A DNA stretch of 64,000 bases from positions 58,039 to 122,038 of the forward strand of contig CAZIFO010000001.1 in the NCBI GenBank assembly GCA_964538245.1. Direction: 5' to 3'. The stretch is from an uncultured Treponema sp. Lineage in GTDB: Bacteria; Spirochaetota; Spirochaetia; Treponematales; Treponemataceae. Every line of letters begins with the position of its first letter. Within the stretch, counting starts at the first letter, position 1. The position numbers and the translations under genes are program-made. This document shows positions 53,666 through 63,857 of this stretch, one piece after another. The notes beneath the pieces were generated by a model. The model worked only from the letters and a program-made list of their open reading frames with translations, had not been told where the DNA came from and did no database searches.

Positions 53666-53874
53666 ATTTTTTATGATAACTCAAACGTTATAGTCTGTAA
53701 ACTCAAAATCATCTAGGATTCCGGGGCTTCGCTCTCACGCTCTCAGAACCTTGTTTTGTGCGCCAGGAACGCCCTTGACGTAGAGTTTTGCCACTCCCCA
53801 GATGAAGAACCGCTCTGCGTCAATCCTCGTGCGTCTGACGCGGTTTTATTCTGCCTGCCCCGGAACTCGTGCCC

Positions 53875-55321
53875 TTAGCTTTCCGCCGCTTTTCTGCCTT
53901 TTTCCGTCAAGCAAAGCGCGGATTTCTGCCCGGAACGTCTGTCTGCCCGCGTGTGTTCATACATTCCGGACTTGTCCATATATGCGATTTGAACATTGCC
54001 ATATAGCTTTTTCTTGTCGAAGCTGTCGAAGTGCGCGTGGCTCACGATGTCGCCGAAGATTTCTGTCTGTGCCTGCTCAATGCGCTCATTGTCTCCGGCA
54101 ATCCTGTGGTTGGAATAGTGCTCAAGCATTGTTAGCGTTTTGTGCCCTGTTTGGCTCTGCAGTAGTTTATCGCTTATCCTGTCTCGCATATATGCCGCAT
54201 AGAAGTGCCGCCAGCTATGGAATGTGTACTTTTTCGCTTCTTTCTCGGTCATTCCGACTTGCTGCAATGCTTCGTGAAGTCCGTCTCTGAAAATGTGTTC
54301 TTCTATAGGTCTGTCGGGAATTGTCGCATAGAAGATAAACGCGTTGATTCCTCTTGTAAAAGGGTTTGAGTTCGCAAGCTCCATAAGCTGCTCTGTTATC
54401 TGAGGAAAAGGAAGAAGAACTATTCTCGATTCGCCGTTTTTGGTTGACTTCAAGCCATCGTATGGACTCCAGGAATGATTGACATAAATGCAGCCGCGCC
54501 CCAAGTCCTGCTTCCTCAGTGCGCGGATTTCGCCGCTTCGCATACCTGTGCACATCGCCAGCAGGTTCGCCAGATATGCCCGCTTGTCGCGCCATTCCAC
54601 GCTAAAAACTGCCTGCGCCATTTCGGGCGTGAGAATTTCGCGGGGCTTTCCGCCTCCGTAAAAGCCCGAAAGCCCCGCCGTTATGTCGCGGTCGATGATT
54701 TCATTGTTGTATGCGTATCGTATCGCCTGCGCTCCGGCAAGCCAGATTTTATTCTTTGTCGCGTTCGCCCATCCAAGCGTCTGAATGTGTGAGAGGAAGT
54801 CGCGCAAATCTTGCTTTGTAAGCTCTCCAAGCAGCTTGCCTTTGAAGAACGGAATCCAATAGTTTTTAACACATCGCCAGCTGTCTTTCGCCCGCGCCCT
54901 GCCAATGCTCTTTTCCCTGCGCAACTTTTCCTTGATATACACGGATTTTTCCCAAGTCCAGAAATCCAAAAGGTAATCAGCAAGCGGAACATCGTTTTTG
55001 TCGCCAGCCTTGACATAGCTCTTTATGATTCCTTTCTTTTTCGCTATGTCAATCACATTGAGAATGTCATCATCTGTTATGTCAGATTTTCTCACCTGCT
55101 CGAAAATTGATTCTGCTTCAAGCGTCTGCTTTCTGTCAGCGCGTGAGATTTTGCCCTCGGAATACCATTTCCAAGCAACTTTTTCGGCTTCGGCTCTGTC
55201 TGTTTTTTTTTGTGGATACTGCGTTTAGATATTTGCCGGTTGTTTCATCCTTGAACCGGACAAAGAAAAAAGGACTGTCTTTTCGTTTGGAAAGAGTGAA
55301 AGGTTTGTTCTGGACTGCCAT
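53875..55321 (-). CDS. int: Tyrosine integrase, frameshifted at an A9 tract (55203-55211)
   Basis: TGMRSGEI, TKNG, HSWRH, GH..Y catalytic residues; N-terminal ORF 55321-55136 joins the main ORF if the tract is A8. Confidence 0.9.
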
Positions 55322-55462
55322 TATTCAGCCGCCTTTTTGAACTGCAAGCAAGCTGTATGTTACAGTCTGTGTTACAGTTGCGTATAAGACTAAATAAAGC
55401 AATCCTTTTTCGGAGGTCTTGCGAAGCCCGCAAAGCCTTATGACATAAGGGATGCGGGGGTT

Positions 55463-55535
55463 AGCCAACTGTCGGACTTGAACCAACCACCTGCGCGTTA
55501 CGAGGGCGCTGCTCTACCAGATGAGCTAAGTTGGC
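55463..55535 (-). tRNA. tRNA-Thr(CGT)
   Basis: Acceptor stem GCCAACT/AGTTGGC, D-arm GCTC..GAGC, anticodon loop CT-CGT-AA, T-loop TTCAAGT; no encoded CCA. Confidence 0.95.
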
Positions 55536-55573
55536 AGAATTGCCTGACGGATCAGGCAAAATGTTTTTATATT

Positions 55574-57328
55574 TTAGATTCCAATGAAATGATTGTCAAC
55601 CTTATCTTGAACATATTTGATAAAATCTTCAAGTTTCATTGTCGCCTGTTCTTTCTTGCTGTCTGAGCGGAAACGTACAGAAACTGTTTTCTCGTTCTTC
55701 TCATTTTCGCCGACGACAAGAATGTATGGAGTCTTGTGCTCTTTTGTAATCATCTTGATTTTTGAGCGCATATTCTCGTCTGAAAGATAAGCGTTTGAGC
55801 GGATGTCAGCGGCAAGAAGCGCGTCGTTGACTTCTTTAGCGTAGTCGTCAAAATCGCTCTTGACAGGAACAACCGCAGCCTGCTCAAACGCAAGCCAAGT
55901 CGGGAAGTTTCCGGCAAAGTTCTCAATCAGAATTCCGAGGAAACGCTCGATTGAGCCAAGAACTGCGCGGTGGAGCATTACAGGATGGTGCTTCTGGTTG
56001 TCTTTTCCGATATAGGTCGCGTCAAGACGCTCTGCGGAAGGCAGCTGGAAGTCTACCTGAATAGTTCCGCACTGCCATTCACGTCCGAGGCAGTCGAAAA
56101 GCTTGAACTCAAGTTTCGGTCCGTAGAACGCGCCTTCGCCAGGCTGGACTTCATACTCAAGGCCGGCCGCGTGGCAAGCGTCAGACAAATCTTTTTCAGC
56201 GCGCTGCCAAGTTTCCAAATCTCCGACATGGTCTTCTGGCATAGTCGAGAATTTTACAGTAAGCTCGTTGAATCCAAAATCCTTGTAAACGCGTTTCAAA
56301 AGCGCGCAGAATCTCGTGACTTCGCTTCCAATCTGCTCCTCTGTACAGATGATATGAGCGTCGTCCTGGACAAATCCGCGGACACGCATAATTCCATGCA
56401 AAGTTCCAGAAGGCTCGTTGCGAACATCGTTTCCAAATTCTGCAAGGCGCATAGGCAAATCTTTGTAAGAGCGGAGCCGGCTTTTGAAAATCTCAAGCGC
56501 GCCAGGGCAGTTCATCGGTTTGATTGCGAAAATGCGCTTCTCAGACTCTGTGATGAACATGTTTTTCTGATAATGTCCCCAGTGGCCTGATTTTTCCCAA
56601 AGCGAGCGCGGCATGATTGCAGGCGTGTTAACTTCAAGATAACCGTCGCGGCGGACCATTTTGCGCATATAATCTTTAATAACATTGTAGATTGTCCAGC
56701 CGTTCGGATGCCAGAAAATCTGTCCCGGGTCCTCAGGCTCAAGATGAAACAAGTCCATCTCGGTTCCGAGCTTGCGGTGGTCGCGTTTTTCAGCCTCGGC
56801 GAGCATTGTAAGGTAATCTTTAAGCTCGTTCGGCTTCTCAAAGCACAGCGCGTAAACACGTGTGAGCATCGGACGGTCAGAATCTCCGCGCCAGTAAGCT
56901 CCGGCAAGCTTGTGCAATTTAAAAGCCTGCGCGTTGATTTCCTTTGTTGAAGCGACGTGCGGGCCGCGGCAAAGGTCAAGATATCCGTCCTGCTCATAAG
57001 TTGTTATTGTCGCTCCGGCTGGAAGGTCGTTGATTATCTCAACTTTGTAAGGCTCATCTGCGAAAAGTTTTAGAGCCTCTTCCTTTGAAACTTCCTTGCG
57101 TATAAATTTCGCGTCTGAGGCGATGATTTTTCTCATCTCTTTTTCTACTGCCGGAAAGTCGTCCTCGGTGATTTTATGGTCAGCCGGAAAATCAAAGTCA
57201 TAATAAAATCCGTTCTCAATCGCCGGGCCAATTGCGATTTTAGTTCCTGGAAAAAGATGTTTGATTGCTTCTGCCATTACGTGAGCGCATGAATGGCGGA
57301 TTGTCTGTAGTTTTTCATTTTCAGCCAT
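55574..57328 (-). CDS. thrS: Threonine--tRNA ligase
   Basis: [45 protein letters not shown]. Confidence 0.98.
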   Translation of the reverse strand: MAENEKLQTIRHSCAHVMAEAIKHLFPGTKIAIGPAIENGFYYDFDFPADHKITEDDFPAVEKEMRKIIASDAKFIRKEVSKEEALKLFADEPYKVEIINDLPAGATITTYEQDGYLDLCRGPHVASTKEINAQAFKLHKLAGAYWRGDSDRPMLTRVYALCFEKPNELKDYLTMLAEAEKRDHRKLGTEMDLFHLEPEDPGQIFWHPNGWTIYNVIKDYMRKMVRRDGYLEVNTPAIMPRSLWEKSGHWGHYQKNMFITESEKRIFAIKPMNCPGALEIFKSRLRSYKDLPMRLAEFGNDVRNEPSGTLHGIMRVRGFVQDDAHIICTEEQIGSEVTRFCALLKRVYKDFGFNELTVKFSTMPEDHVGDLETWQRAEKDLSDACHAAGLEYEVQPGEGAFYGPKLEFKLFDCLGREWQCGTIQVDFQLPSAERLDATYIGKDNQKHHPVMLHRAVLGSIERFLGILIENFAGNFPTWLAFEQAAVVPVKSDFDDYAKEVNDALLAADIRSNAYLSDENMRSKIKMITKEHKTPYILVVGENEKNEKTVSVRFRSDSKKEQATMKLEDFIKYVQDKVDNHFIGI

Positions 57329-57490
57329 AAAAATAACCTCGATTTATAAATGCGGCCGCAACTGGCAGACCGCAGAATTTCATGTGCAAAATGTTCTATA
57401 AGAATAACGAGTTTTTCTGTTAGATTCAACAACTGAAAAAAGATTGAATTGTCGCTTTTCTTTTCCTTAAAAAAAACCGATACTATTGCT

Positions 57491-58900
57491 ATGGAAAATG
57501 GCAACGATTTTACACAAAAGCTTTTTGTGGCTTTAGAAGAAAAATCTGAATGGTACGACTCTGAAGGGCTTCCTGCCATTCTTGAGAATTTTAGGCTTCT
57601 GCATACTTGTATAAAAAATATTTTTGATTTTCTCGAAAAAAAAGCTTTGATTACACCGGATCCGTACAAGCTTGATAAAAAGATTTCTGATATTGAGATT
57701 CCAGATAGCTCTCAGTTTATTGAAAATGAACGTTCTGTAATTATTGGCCAGCGTTTTTCTGATTATGAAAGCTCCCTTGATTTTCTTTGCAATTACTATA
57801 AATTTTCTGTTGCTCATATTACGCTCCCGAATGTTAAAAAGCTTGTTGATTTGGCAAATTCGATTCTTTGGAATTCATTTACAGTAAACAACAACAAAAT
57901 TAATACACGTGTTATCGCTTCGTTGGTTTTTGAAGCCCGGCAAAACAGCGACGGACTCACTGTGAGCATGATAAATGACAGCCTTCAAAAAGCTTCCCAG
58001 GCTCAGACAGAAATCATTTCCGCATTAAAAGATTACACGGACTTTTTAAAGGAACTGTATAAAGGAAACGTAAGAAAAACTGTGATGGTTTCTCCGAACT
58101 TTGATTTAAACAAAGCCATGGAGTCGCCGACTGCTGAAGTTGCGATGATAAAGCGCAATTTTAGCTCAATGGGAAAAGTTCCTTTTTATAACGAGTTGGT
58201 GGAAGAAATTGCTCTTGAAGATCAGTCGCCGAAAAAAGCTGAGCTTCAGGCTAGAACTCTTCAAAAACTTAGCACTTCGTCCAAAAAGGAAAATAAGAAA
58301 GAAAACAAAGTTGATACAAAGTCAATTTTGATGTCTGCGATTGCAATTCTCGGCGCAACTCCATCTCTTTTGCTTCAGATTATGCAGAAAGTTCAGGAAA
58401 ATCATGATGTTCTTGAAAGCGAGCATAACTCATTTTTTGATAAACTCAAGCGTGTTTTTAGAAAAGCGTTTGGACTTGCAGAGAAACCTTTGATTTACAA
58501 CATTATAATAGAAGATTCTTCAACAGGCGCAAAACGGACTGAAAAATTGAATTATCAGGATTTTATCAAAGAGCTTGCGACAAAATCACGGCGTTACAGC
58601 GCGGTTTCCCAGAAAAATTCCATTGGCTATAAGAAGATATTTTCTCTTCCTGAAGAAAAGATTTTGGAATTTATTTCCAATCAAATCACAGAATGCAACA
58701 AGCTTATGGTGATTTTAAATGCTCTTGATGGATTTTTTAAATCTGAGGCCGCTCCTTATGACAAGGCAAAAATCAAAGGTTTGAAAATTGATCTTACAAC
58801 TTTGAAAAATTCAATAGTAAAAACAAACCAAAGACGCGCCGAGTACATCGCTTACGTCGAGGAAGAAGAGCAAATGAAAAAGCTCGGAATAACAGGCTGA
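57491..58900 (+). CDS. Hypothetical helical protein
   Basis: Long ORF (about 470 aa); no motif recognised. Confidence 0.75.
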   Translation: MENGNDFTQKLFVALEEKSEWYDSEGLPAILENFRLLHTCIKNIFDFLEKKALITPDPYKLDKKISDIEIPDSSQFIENERSVIIGQRFSDYESSLDFLCNYYKFSVAHITLPNVKKLVDLANSILWNSFTVNNNKINTRVIASLVFEARQNSDGLTVSMINDSLQKASQAQTEIISALKDYTDFLKELYKGNVRKTVMVSPNFDLNKAMESPTAEVAMIKRNFSSMGKVPFYNELVEEIALEDQSPKKAELQARTLQKLSTSSKKENKKENKVDTKSILMSAIAILGATPSLLLQIMQKVQENHDVLESEHNSFFDKLKRVFRKAFGLAEKPLIYNIIIEDSSTGAKRTEKLNYQDFIKELATKSRRYSAVSQKNSIGYKKIFSLPEEKILEFISNQITECNKLMVILNALDGFFKSEAAPYDKAKIKGLKIDLTTLKNSIVKTNQRRAEYIAYVEEEEQMKKLGITG

Positions 58901-58991
58901 CGCGGAATTTGACAATTTCAGAAGATTGCAAGAAACAAAGCCGTATTAAAACTGTTCTATAAATTATAACAGACAACGCAAGGAATAGTTT

Positions 58992-60725
58992 ATGAAAAAA
59001 AGTTCTCGTTTATTTTTGACTTTCGCCGGAATATTTTTGTTTTCAGGATTTGCTTTCGCGCAGGTTTCAGAAAACGATGATGACATTATGCCGCCGTTCG
59101 CCGAGCGTGAAGAATCGCCTTTTTTTGATGACGACGAATCTTCTCCGTTTGAAGGGCAAAACGGCTTTCAAGATGAAGATAAATCTGAAATCGAGAATCT
59201 TGAGAACGACAGCGAGCCGGATTCCGCAAAATCAATAAATCCTGATTTGCAGCGCAATTTTAACATTGCCGTCGGCTCATGGGACTGGAATCTTGACCCA
59301 GAGACTTCAAGCTACTCAACAGAGGCACAGATTCTCTCAGGACTTTACGAAGGACTTTTTTCTTATCATCCTAGCACTCTTGAGCCTGTTTCTGCGATTG
59401 CAGAAAGCTACAAAATCTCGCGCGACAAGAAACGCTGGACTTTTAAAATCCGGGAGAACCTAAAATTCTCAAACGGAGAAGAGATAAACGCATTCACCGT
59501 AAGAAGCAACTGGATTTCGCTTTTGCAGAACAAAGGCGCGCCTTACGCCTCTCTTCTTGACTGCATTAAAAGCGCCGAAGACTTTAGGAACGGAAAAGCG
59601 CAGGAAGATGATTTAGGAATCAAGGCCCGCGACAACACGACACTTGTTGTAACGCTAAAGTCGCCGACCGCGCATTTTGCCCGCATCCTGTGCCACCACG
59701 CTTTTTCTGTGAGCAGAACTTCAACCGGGGAGACAGCGTTTTCCGGAGCATTTAAAATCGGCTCCCAGGAAGAAAAGAAGCTTGTGCTTTTAAAGAATGA
59801 AAACTACTGGGACGCGGAAAATGTTCATCTGCCTTCCATCACAATAAGTGCTTCGGACGACATCGCCGAGAATTCATACAAGTTCAACACAGGCGACTAC
59901 AACTGGGTTTCGTCGATGTTCGACGCGTCAAAGCTCATAAACAAGAATTCAATCCGGCTCACAGCGATTTTCGGCACGGAGTATCTTTTCTTCGGGTGCA
60001 AGAACAAGCCGTGGAATATTCCGGAGTTCCGCTCCGCTCTGATGAACGCAGTTCCGTGGGAAGCTCTTAGAAAACTCTCGCTCATGCCGGCCACAACGTT
60101 TATTTATCCTCTCGCAGGCTACCCGAAAGTTGAGGGATATTCAGAGACTTCAATAGATGACGCTGAGGAGCTGCTCGCAGAGGCGCGGAAGAACAACGGA
60201 TATTCAGCCGACGAGAAAATCCCGCTCATTTTTGCTGTTCCCGCGAACTCCGAGCGGCAGAAGAAAATCGCCGCGCTTCTTGAGGAGGCGTTCAAGCCTC
60301 TTAATGTGGAGCTGAAAGTTCAGACAACGCCAGAGGACCGCTATGTTGACAGCATTTCAGGCTGGAACGCCGACCTTTTCTCTTACTCGTGGATTGGCGA
60401 CTTTGCCGACCCGATTGCGTTCCTGGAGCTTTTCCGCGGCGGCTCTACATTGAACCCGACCCATTACAACAGCGAGAAATTCAACAAGCTCTTGGACGAC
60501 TCCGCGCTGGCCTCTGACGGAACCGAGCATTACAAGCTTTTAGCCCAGTCCGAGCAGCTTTTGCTTGACGAGGGAATGGTCATTCCGATTTCGCACTCGC
60601 TGAGCTTCCACGCAATCAATCTGCAGGAAATCGGCGGCTGGTATGTGAACGCGCTCGACATTCATCCGTTCAAATATCTTTACTTTAAGGAAGACAAGTC
60701 CGAGCTCCCGGATAATGTTATATAA
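58992..60725 (+). CDS. Peptide ABC transporter substrate-binding protein (OppA-like)
   Basis: LDP, LYEGL, AES..S.D...WTF.IR...FSNG, KNENYW, WIGDFADP..FL. Confidence 0.88.
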   Translation: MKKSSRLFLTFAGIFLFSGFAFAQVSENDDDIMPPFAEREESPFFDDDESSPFEGQNGFQDEDKSEIENLENDSEPDSAKSINPDLQRNFNIAVGSWDWNLDPETSSYSTEAQILSGLYEGLFSYHPSTLEPVSAIAESYKISRDKKRWTFKIRENLKFSNGEEINAFTVRSNWISLLQNKGAPYASLLDCIKSAEDFRNGKAQEDDLGIKARDNTTLVVTLKSPTAHFARILCHHAFSVSRTSTGETAFSGAFKIGSQEEKKLVLLKNENYWDAENVHLPSITISASDDIAENSYKFNTGDYNWVSSMFDASKLINKNSIRLTAIFGTEYLFFGCKNKPWNIPEFRSALMNAVPWEALRKLSLMPATTFIYPLAGYPKVEGYSETSIDDAEELLAEARKNNGYSADEKIPLIFAVPANSERQKKIAALLEEAFKPLNVELKVQTTPEDRYVDSISGWNADLFSYSWIGDFADPIAFLELFRGGSTLNPTHYNSEKFNKLLDDSALASDGTEHYKLLAQSEQLLLDEGMVIPISHSLSFHAINLQEIGGWYVNALDIHPFKYLYFKEDKSELPDNVI

Positions 60726-60973
60726 CAATTGAAAATGATTGCGCCGTCAAAAGGGCAAGAGTTATTCAACACGGATAAACACGGATTTTTAGGATGGAAC
60801 TGATTTATGAAAGCCGCGCCGGAAGAAAATCCTACGCCAGATGCGAAGGGCGCAAGTCGTTTTGCAGATTGCTTTCCGTTCTGCTTTTCGAGAAAATCTT
60901 CGTCCAAAAAATCATAAAGTCTGTTTTTTTCTGTACGTTGAATTTTTCTTTTGTTTTTTAGATAATGTAATTT

Positions 60974-62044
60974 ATGCTTTACTATCTCGGCGGCGTCTTG
61001 TCGCGTTACTTCGGGCCTGCGCGCCTTTTGCAGTCTTACACGGTCTTGATTTCTCTCGCTCTTTACGCGGGATTTTTTCTTATCAGATACACACTTCCGC
61101 TTTTCTACAATTTTCTGCCGCATGACCGCGGCCGCGAGTTCGCGCAGAATTCAGAGGCGGCGAAAGGAAAGCCGACCGGCGCCGGAGTTGTCTGGATTTC
61201 GGCGTTTGTAATCATCAGCATGATTTTTGTTCCGCTCGACTGGATAAAGTGCTCAGTCCTGATTTTAACATGGATTATGATGCTGACAGGCTATCTTGAC
61301 GACCACAGCGTAAAAAGCTGGGGCGAGTACAGAAAAGCACTTCTCGACTTGTTTGTGTCGGTTCTGGCCTCGGTTTTTCTCTGCATTTATATGATACAGA
61401 CTTCTTCAGACGGCATAATCCGGTTCTGGCTCCCGTTTGTGACAAAGGAAGTCGCGGTTGCTCCATGGCTTTTCATCGTGATTTCAACTGTCCTAATCTG
61501 GGCTTCAATCAACACGACAAACTGCACCGACGGAGTTGACGGCTTGAGCTCGACACTTGTCCTTGTCGCGCTGATTACGCTCGGAGTTGTCTTTTATTTT
61601 ATCCTCGGCCACAAGGAAATCGCCGCTTATCTCTTGGTTCCGCACATTGAGGACGGAGCTGCCTGGGCTGTGATGACTTTCGCTCTCGCGGGCGTTCTGA
61701 TGGGCTACCTGTGGCACAACGCTTTTCCGAGCCATGTTCTTATGGGCGACGCCGGAAGCCGCGCGCTTGGATTTTACATCGGAGTGTGCGTAATGGTTAC
61801 CCGGAATCCGTTCATGATTGTCGCGACATCTTCCCTTATTTTTGTGAACGGCGGACTTGGCCTTGTGAAAGTCGCGCTAAAACGGTTCCTGAAAATTTCA
61901 ATCTTCAAGAACGTCACCTTTCCGCTCCATGACCATATGCGAAAGAACCACGGCTGGAGCCCGACCCAGGTTTTAATCAAGTTCCTTATTATCCAGATTC
62001 TAATCACAGTGGCGACAATCGGCCTGTTCTTTAAAATAAGATAG
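60974..62044 (+). CDS. mraY: Phospho-MurNAc-pentapeptide transferase
   Basis: KPTGAG, GYLDD, NCTDGVDGL, MGDAGS, PLHDH..GW. Confidence 0.8.
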   Translation: MLYYLGGVLSRYFGPARLLQSYTVLISLALYAGFFLIRYTLPLFYNFLPHDRGREFAQNSEAAKGKPTGAGVVWISAFVIISMIFVPLDWIKCSVLILTWIMMLTGYLDDHSVKSWGEYRKALLDLFVSVLASVFLCIYMIQTSSDGIIRFWLPFVTKEVAVAPWLFIVISTVLIWASINTTNCTDGVDGLSSTLVLVALITLGVVFYFILGHKEIAAYLLVPHIEDGAAWAVMTFALAGVLMGYLWHNAFPSHVLMGDAGSRALGFYIGVCVMVTRNPFMIVATSSLIFVNGGLGLVKVALKRFLKISIFKNVTFPLHDHMRKNHGWSPTQVLIKFLIIQILITVATIGLFFKIR

Positions 62045-62064
62045 AAGCCAATTAATAAAAATAG

Positions 62065-62306
62065 ATGCGCCGCAGGACGCGGCGATAGTGGGAAGAGAGA
62101 ATTTCCTATTTCTGCTTTCTTTTCTTGCTTGGAAATTCTCGTGAGAACAGAAATTACAAGGAGGTAATTTCTGTTCTAGGAATGAATGCGCCGCAGGACG
62201 CGGCGATAGTGGGAAGAGAGAATTTCCTATCTCTGCTTTATATTTTCACTTGGAAATTCTCGTGAGTGCTCAAATTACACGGATGTAATTTCTAGTCTTG
62301 AAATGA
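62065..62306. repeat. Two tandem 121-bp repeats with GGA-loop hairpins
   Basis: Units start at 62065 and 62186; the first 45 bp are identical. Confidence 0.85.
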
Positions 62307-62541
62307 TTTTGAAACCTGCCCAGCGCGTTTTCTTCTTTCGAAATGATTTCAAAACTTGCCCAGCGCGTTTTCTTCTTTCGAAATGATTTCAAAACCTGCC
62401 CAGCGCGTTTTCGACTTTCGAAATGATTTCAAAACTTGCCCAGCGCGTTTTCTTTTCTCGAAATGATTTTGAAACTTGCCTAAAAGCATTTTCAGCTTTT
62501 GAAATAATTTCAAACCCCGCCCAATGCATATTCATATTTTG
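62301..62541. repeat. Six tandem 40-bp repeats, degenerating rightwards
   Basis: AAATGATTTCAAAACYTGCCCAGCGCGTTTTCTTCTTTCG-type units at 62301, 62341, 62381 and 62421; diverged units at 62461 and 62502. Confidence 0.9.
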
Positions 62542-62564
62542 AAATGTTCCGCCGCAGGAACGAG

Positions 62565-62612
62565 AAAAAAGCCGTCAAAATGAGCTTCACTTTGACGGCT
62601 TTTTTGTTTTTT
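62565..62612. terminator. Bidirectional intrinsic terminator
   Basis: AAAAAAGCCGTCAAA...TTTGACGGCTTTTTT. Confidence 0.9.
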
Positions 62613-63857
62613 TTACTTTTCAACGAACAGCGCGGCGAGTGTTACCGCGTCGGCCGCTATGTTCTTTACGTAGCAGTATTCGTTCGGCTGGTGGCACACT
62701 TCGTCGAGCGTTGACCAGATGGCCGCGTTATAGCCAAGGCTCCTGAACTCGGCCCCGACTGTTCCGCCTCCGATTCCAACAAGCTTTGCGTCGATTCCGT
62801 GCGCGGCCTTGATCGCAGCCGCCAGCTTCTTTACAACCGGCGCGTCCTTTGAAGTGGCCGGGGACTCGCTTGCCTGCATCTCGCTTACTTCAATCTTAAC
62901 GCCGTATTTTTTTTCAACTTCATGAACTCGCTTCTGGACTTCCTTTCTTACAGTGTCGAGAGAGTAGCGCGGAAGAATGCGGCAGTCCATGTAGAAAACG
63001 TCATCGCCTGGAATGATGTTCACTGTCTCAACGTTCGCTTCTTTTTTTGTCGGCTGGAAAGTCGAGCAAGGCGGAGTGAAAAGCTCGTCCTGCTCTCCAA
63101 AGAAGTTCTCCAAATCATTTAAGCGCAGGGCAAGTTCGGCCGCGGCAAGATGAGCGTTTCGTCCTTTCTGCGGCATTGAGCCGTGGGATTGAACTCCAAC
63201 CGTGTGAAGACGGAGCCAGAGAATGTTTTTCTCCGCGATTTCAATCGTCTCGCCTTTTGAGTCTCCGCCGTCAGGAATTAAAATCAAGTCTTCTTTTTTG
63301 AACAGCTCCCTGTGCTCGCGGAGAAGATACTTGACTCCGAACTCAGAGCCGAACTCCTCGTCCGCCATAAAAAGAATCTTTACCGTGTGCTCCGGAACAA
63401 CTTTTTCATCTTTAAGCGCAAGAGCCGCGAAAACCGCGCTCACAAGGCCCTGCTGGTTGTCCTCGACTCCGCGTCCAAAAAGCTTGTCAGATTTTTCATC
63501 ATAGACAACTTTCCACGGGTCTGTTTTCCAGGATTTCAAGTCTCCCGGCGGAACCACGTCCATATGCGCCATCACCCAGATTGAAAAATCATCGGCTTTG
63601 CCTGGAATTGTGAGAACCATGTTCGGGCGGATTTTTGACGGAACGCGCTCGTCCGGAGCGTCAAAACGCTCAAGCTGGTTTTCGGCGAAACCCGCGTCCA
63701 AAAGCCATTTCTTTAGAGCCTCGCATTTTTTTATTTCGCCTTCGCCGCCGCTTTCAGGCGCCATTGCCGGAATTGAAGAGAGCAAAGTCTCAAGCTCAAT
63801 CATCTGCTTTTTTGATTTATCCGACTCAATATATTTTCTTAAACTTTCAAATGACAT
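62613..63857 (-). CDS. M20 metallopeptidase (ArgE/DapE-like)
   Basis: HMDVVP, GRGVEDN, ADEE, HGS, N.IP, GGGT, H.PNE. Confidence 0.9.
   Translation of the reverse strand: MSFESLRKYIESDKSKKQMIELETLLSSIPAMAPESGGEGEIKKCEALKKWLLDAGFAENQLERFDAPDERVPSKIRPNMVLTIPGKADDFSIWVMAHMDVVPPGDLKSWKTDPWKVVYDEKSDKLFGRGVEDNQQGLVSAVFAALALKDEKVVPEHTVKILFMADEEFGSEFGVKYLLREHRELFKKEDLILIPDGGDSKGETIEIAEKNILWLRLHTVGVQSHGSMPQKGRNAHLAAAELALRLNDLENFFGEQDELFTPPCSTFQPTKKEANVETVNIIPGDDVFYMDCRILPRYSLDTVRKEVQKRVHEVEKKYGVKIEVSEMQASESPATSKDAPVVKKLAAAIKAAHGIDAKLVGIGGGTVGAEFRSLGYNAAIWSTLDEVCHQPNEYCYVKNIAADAVTLAALFVEK

Larger units (their letters stand above)
47757..55504. mobile_element. 7.7-kb tRNA-Thr-integrated element, phage-satellite (PICI)-like
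   Basis: 44-bp direct repeats, tyrosine integrase next to the tRNA, xis-like HTH, replication genes, TA cargo; no recognisable virion or conjugation genes. Confidence 0.85.

Noticed and set aside
60765..60800. ACACGGATAAACACGGAT doublet between oppA and mraY
   Set aside because: Too short, with no supporting structure, to call a feature.
62065..62541. Possible CRISPR array
   Set aside because: Units are contiguous tandem repeats with no unique spacers, and there are no cas genes in the window.
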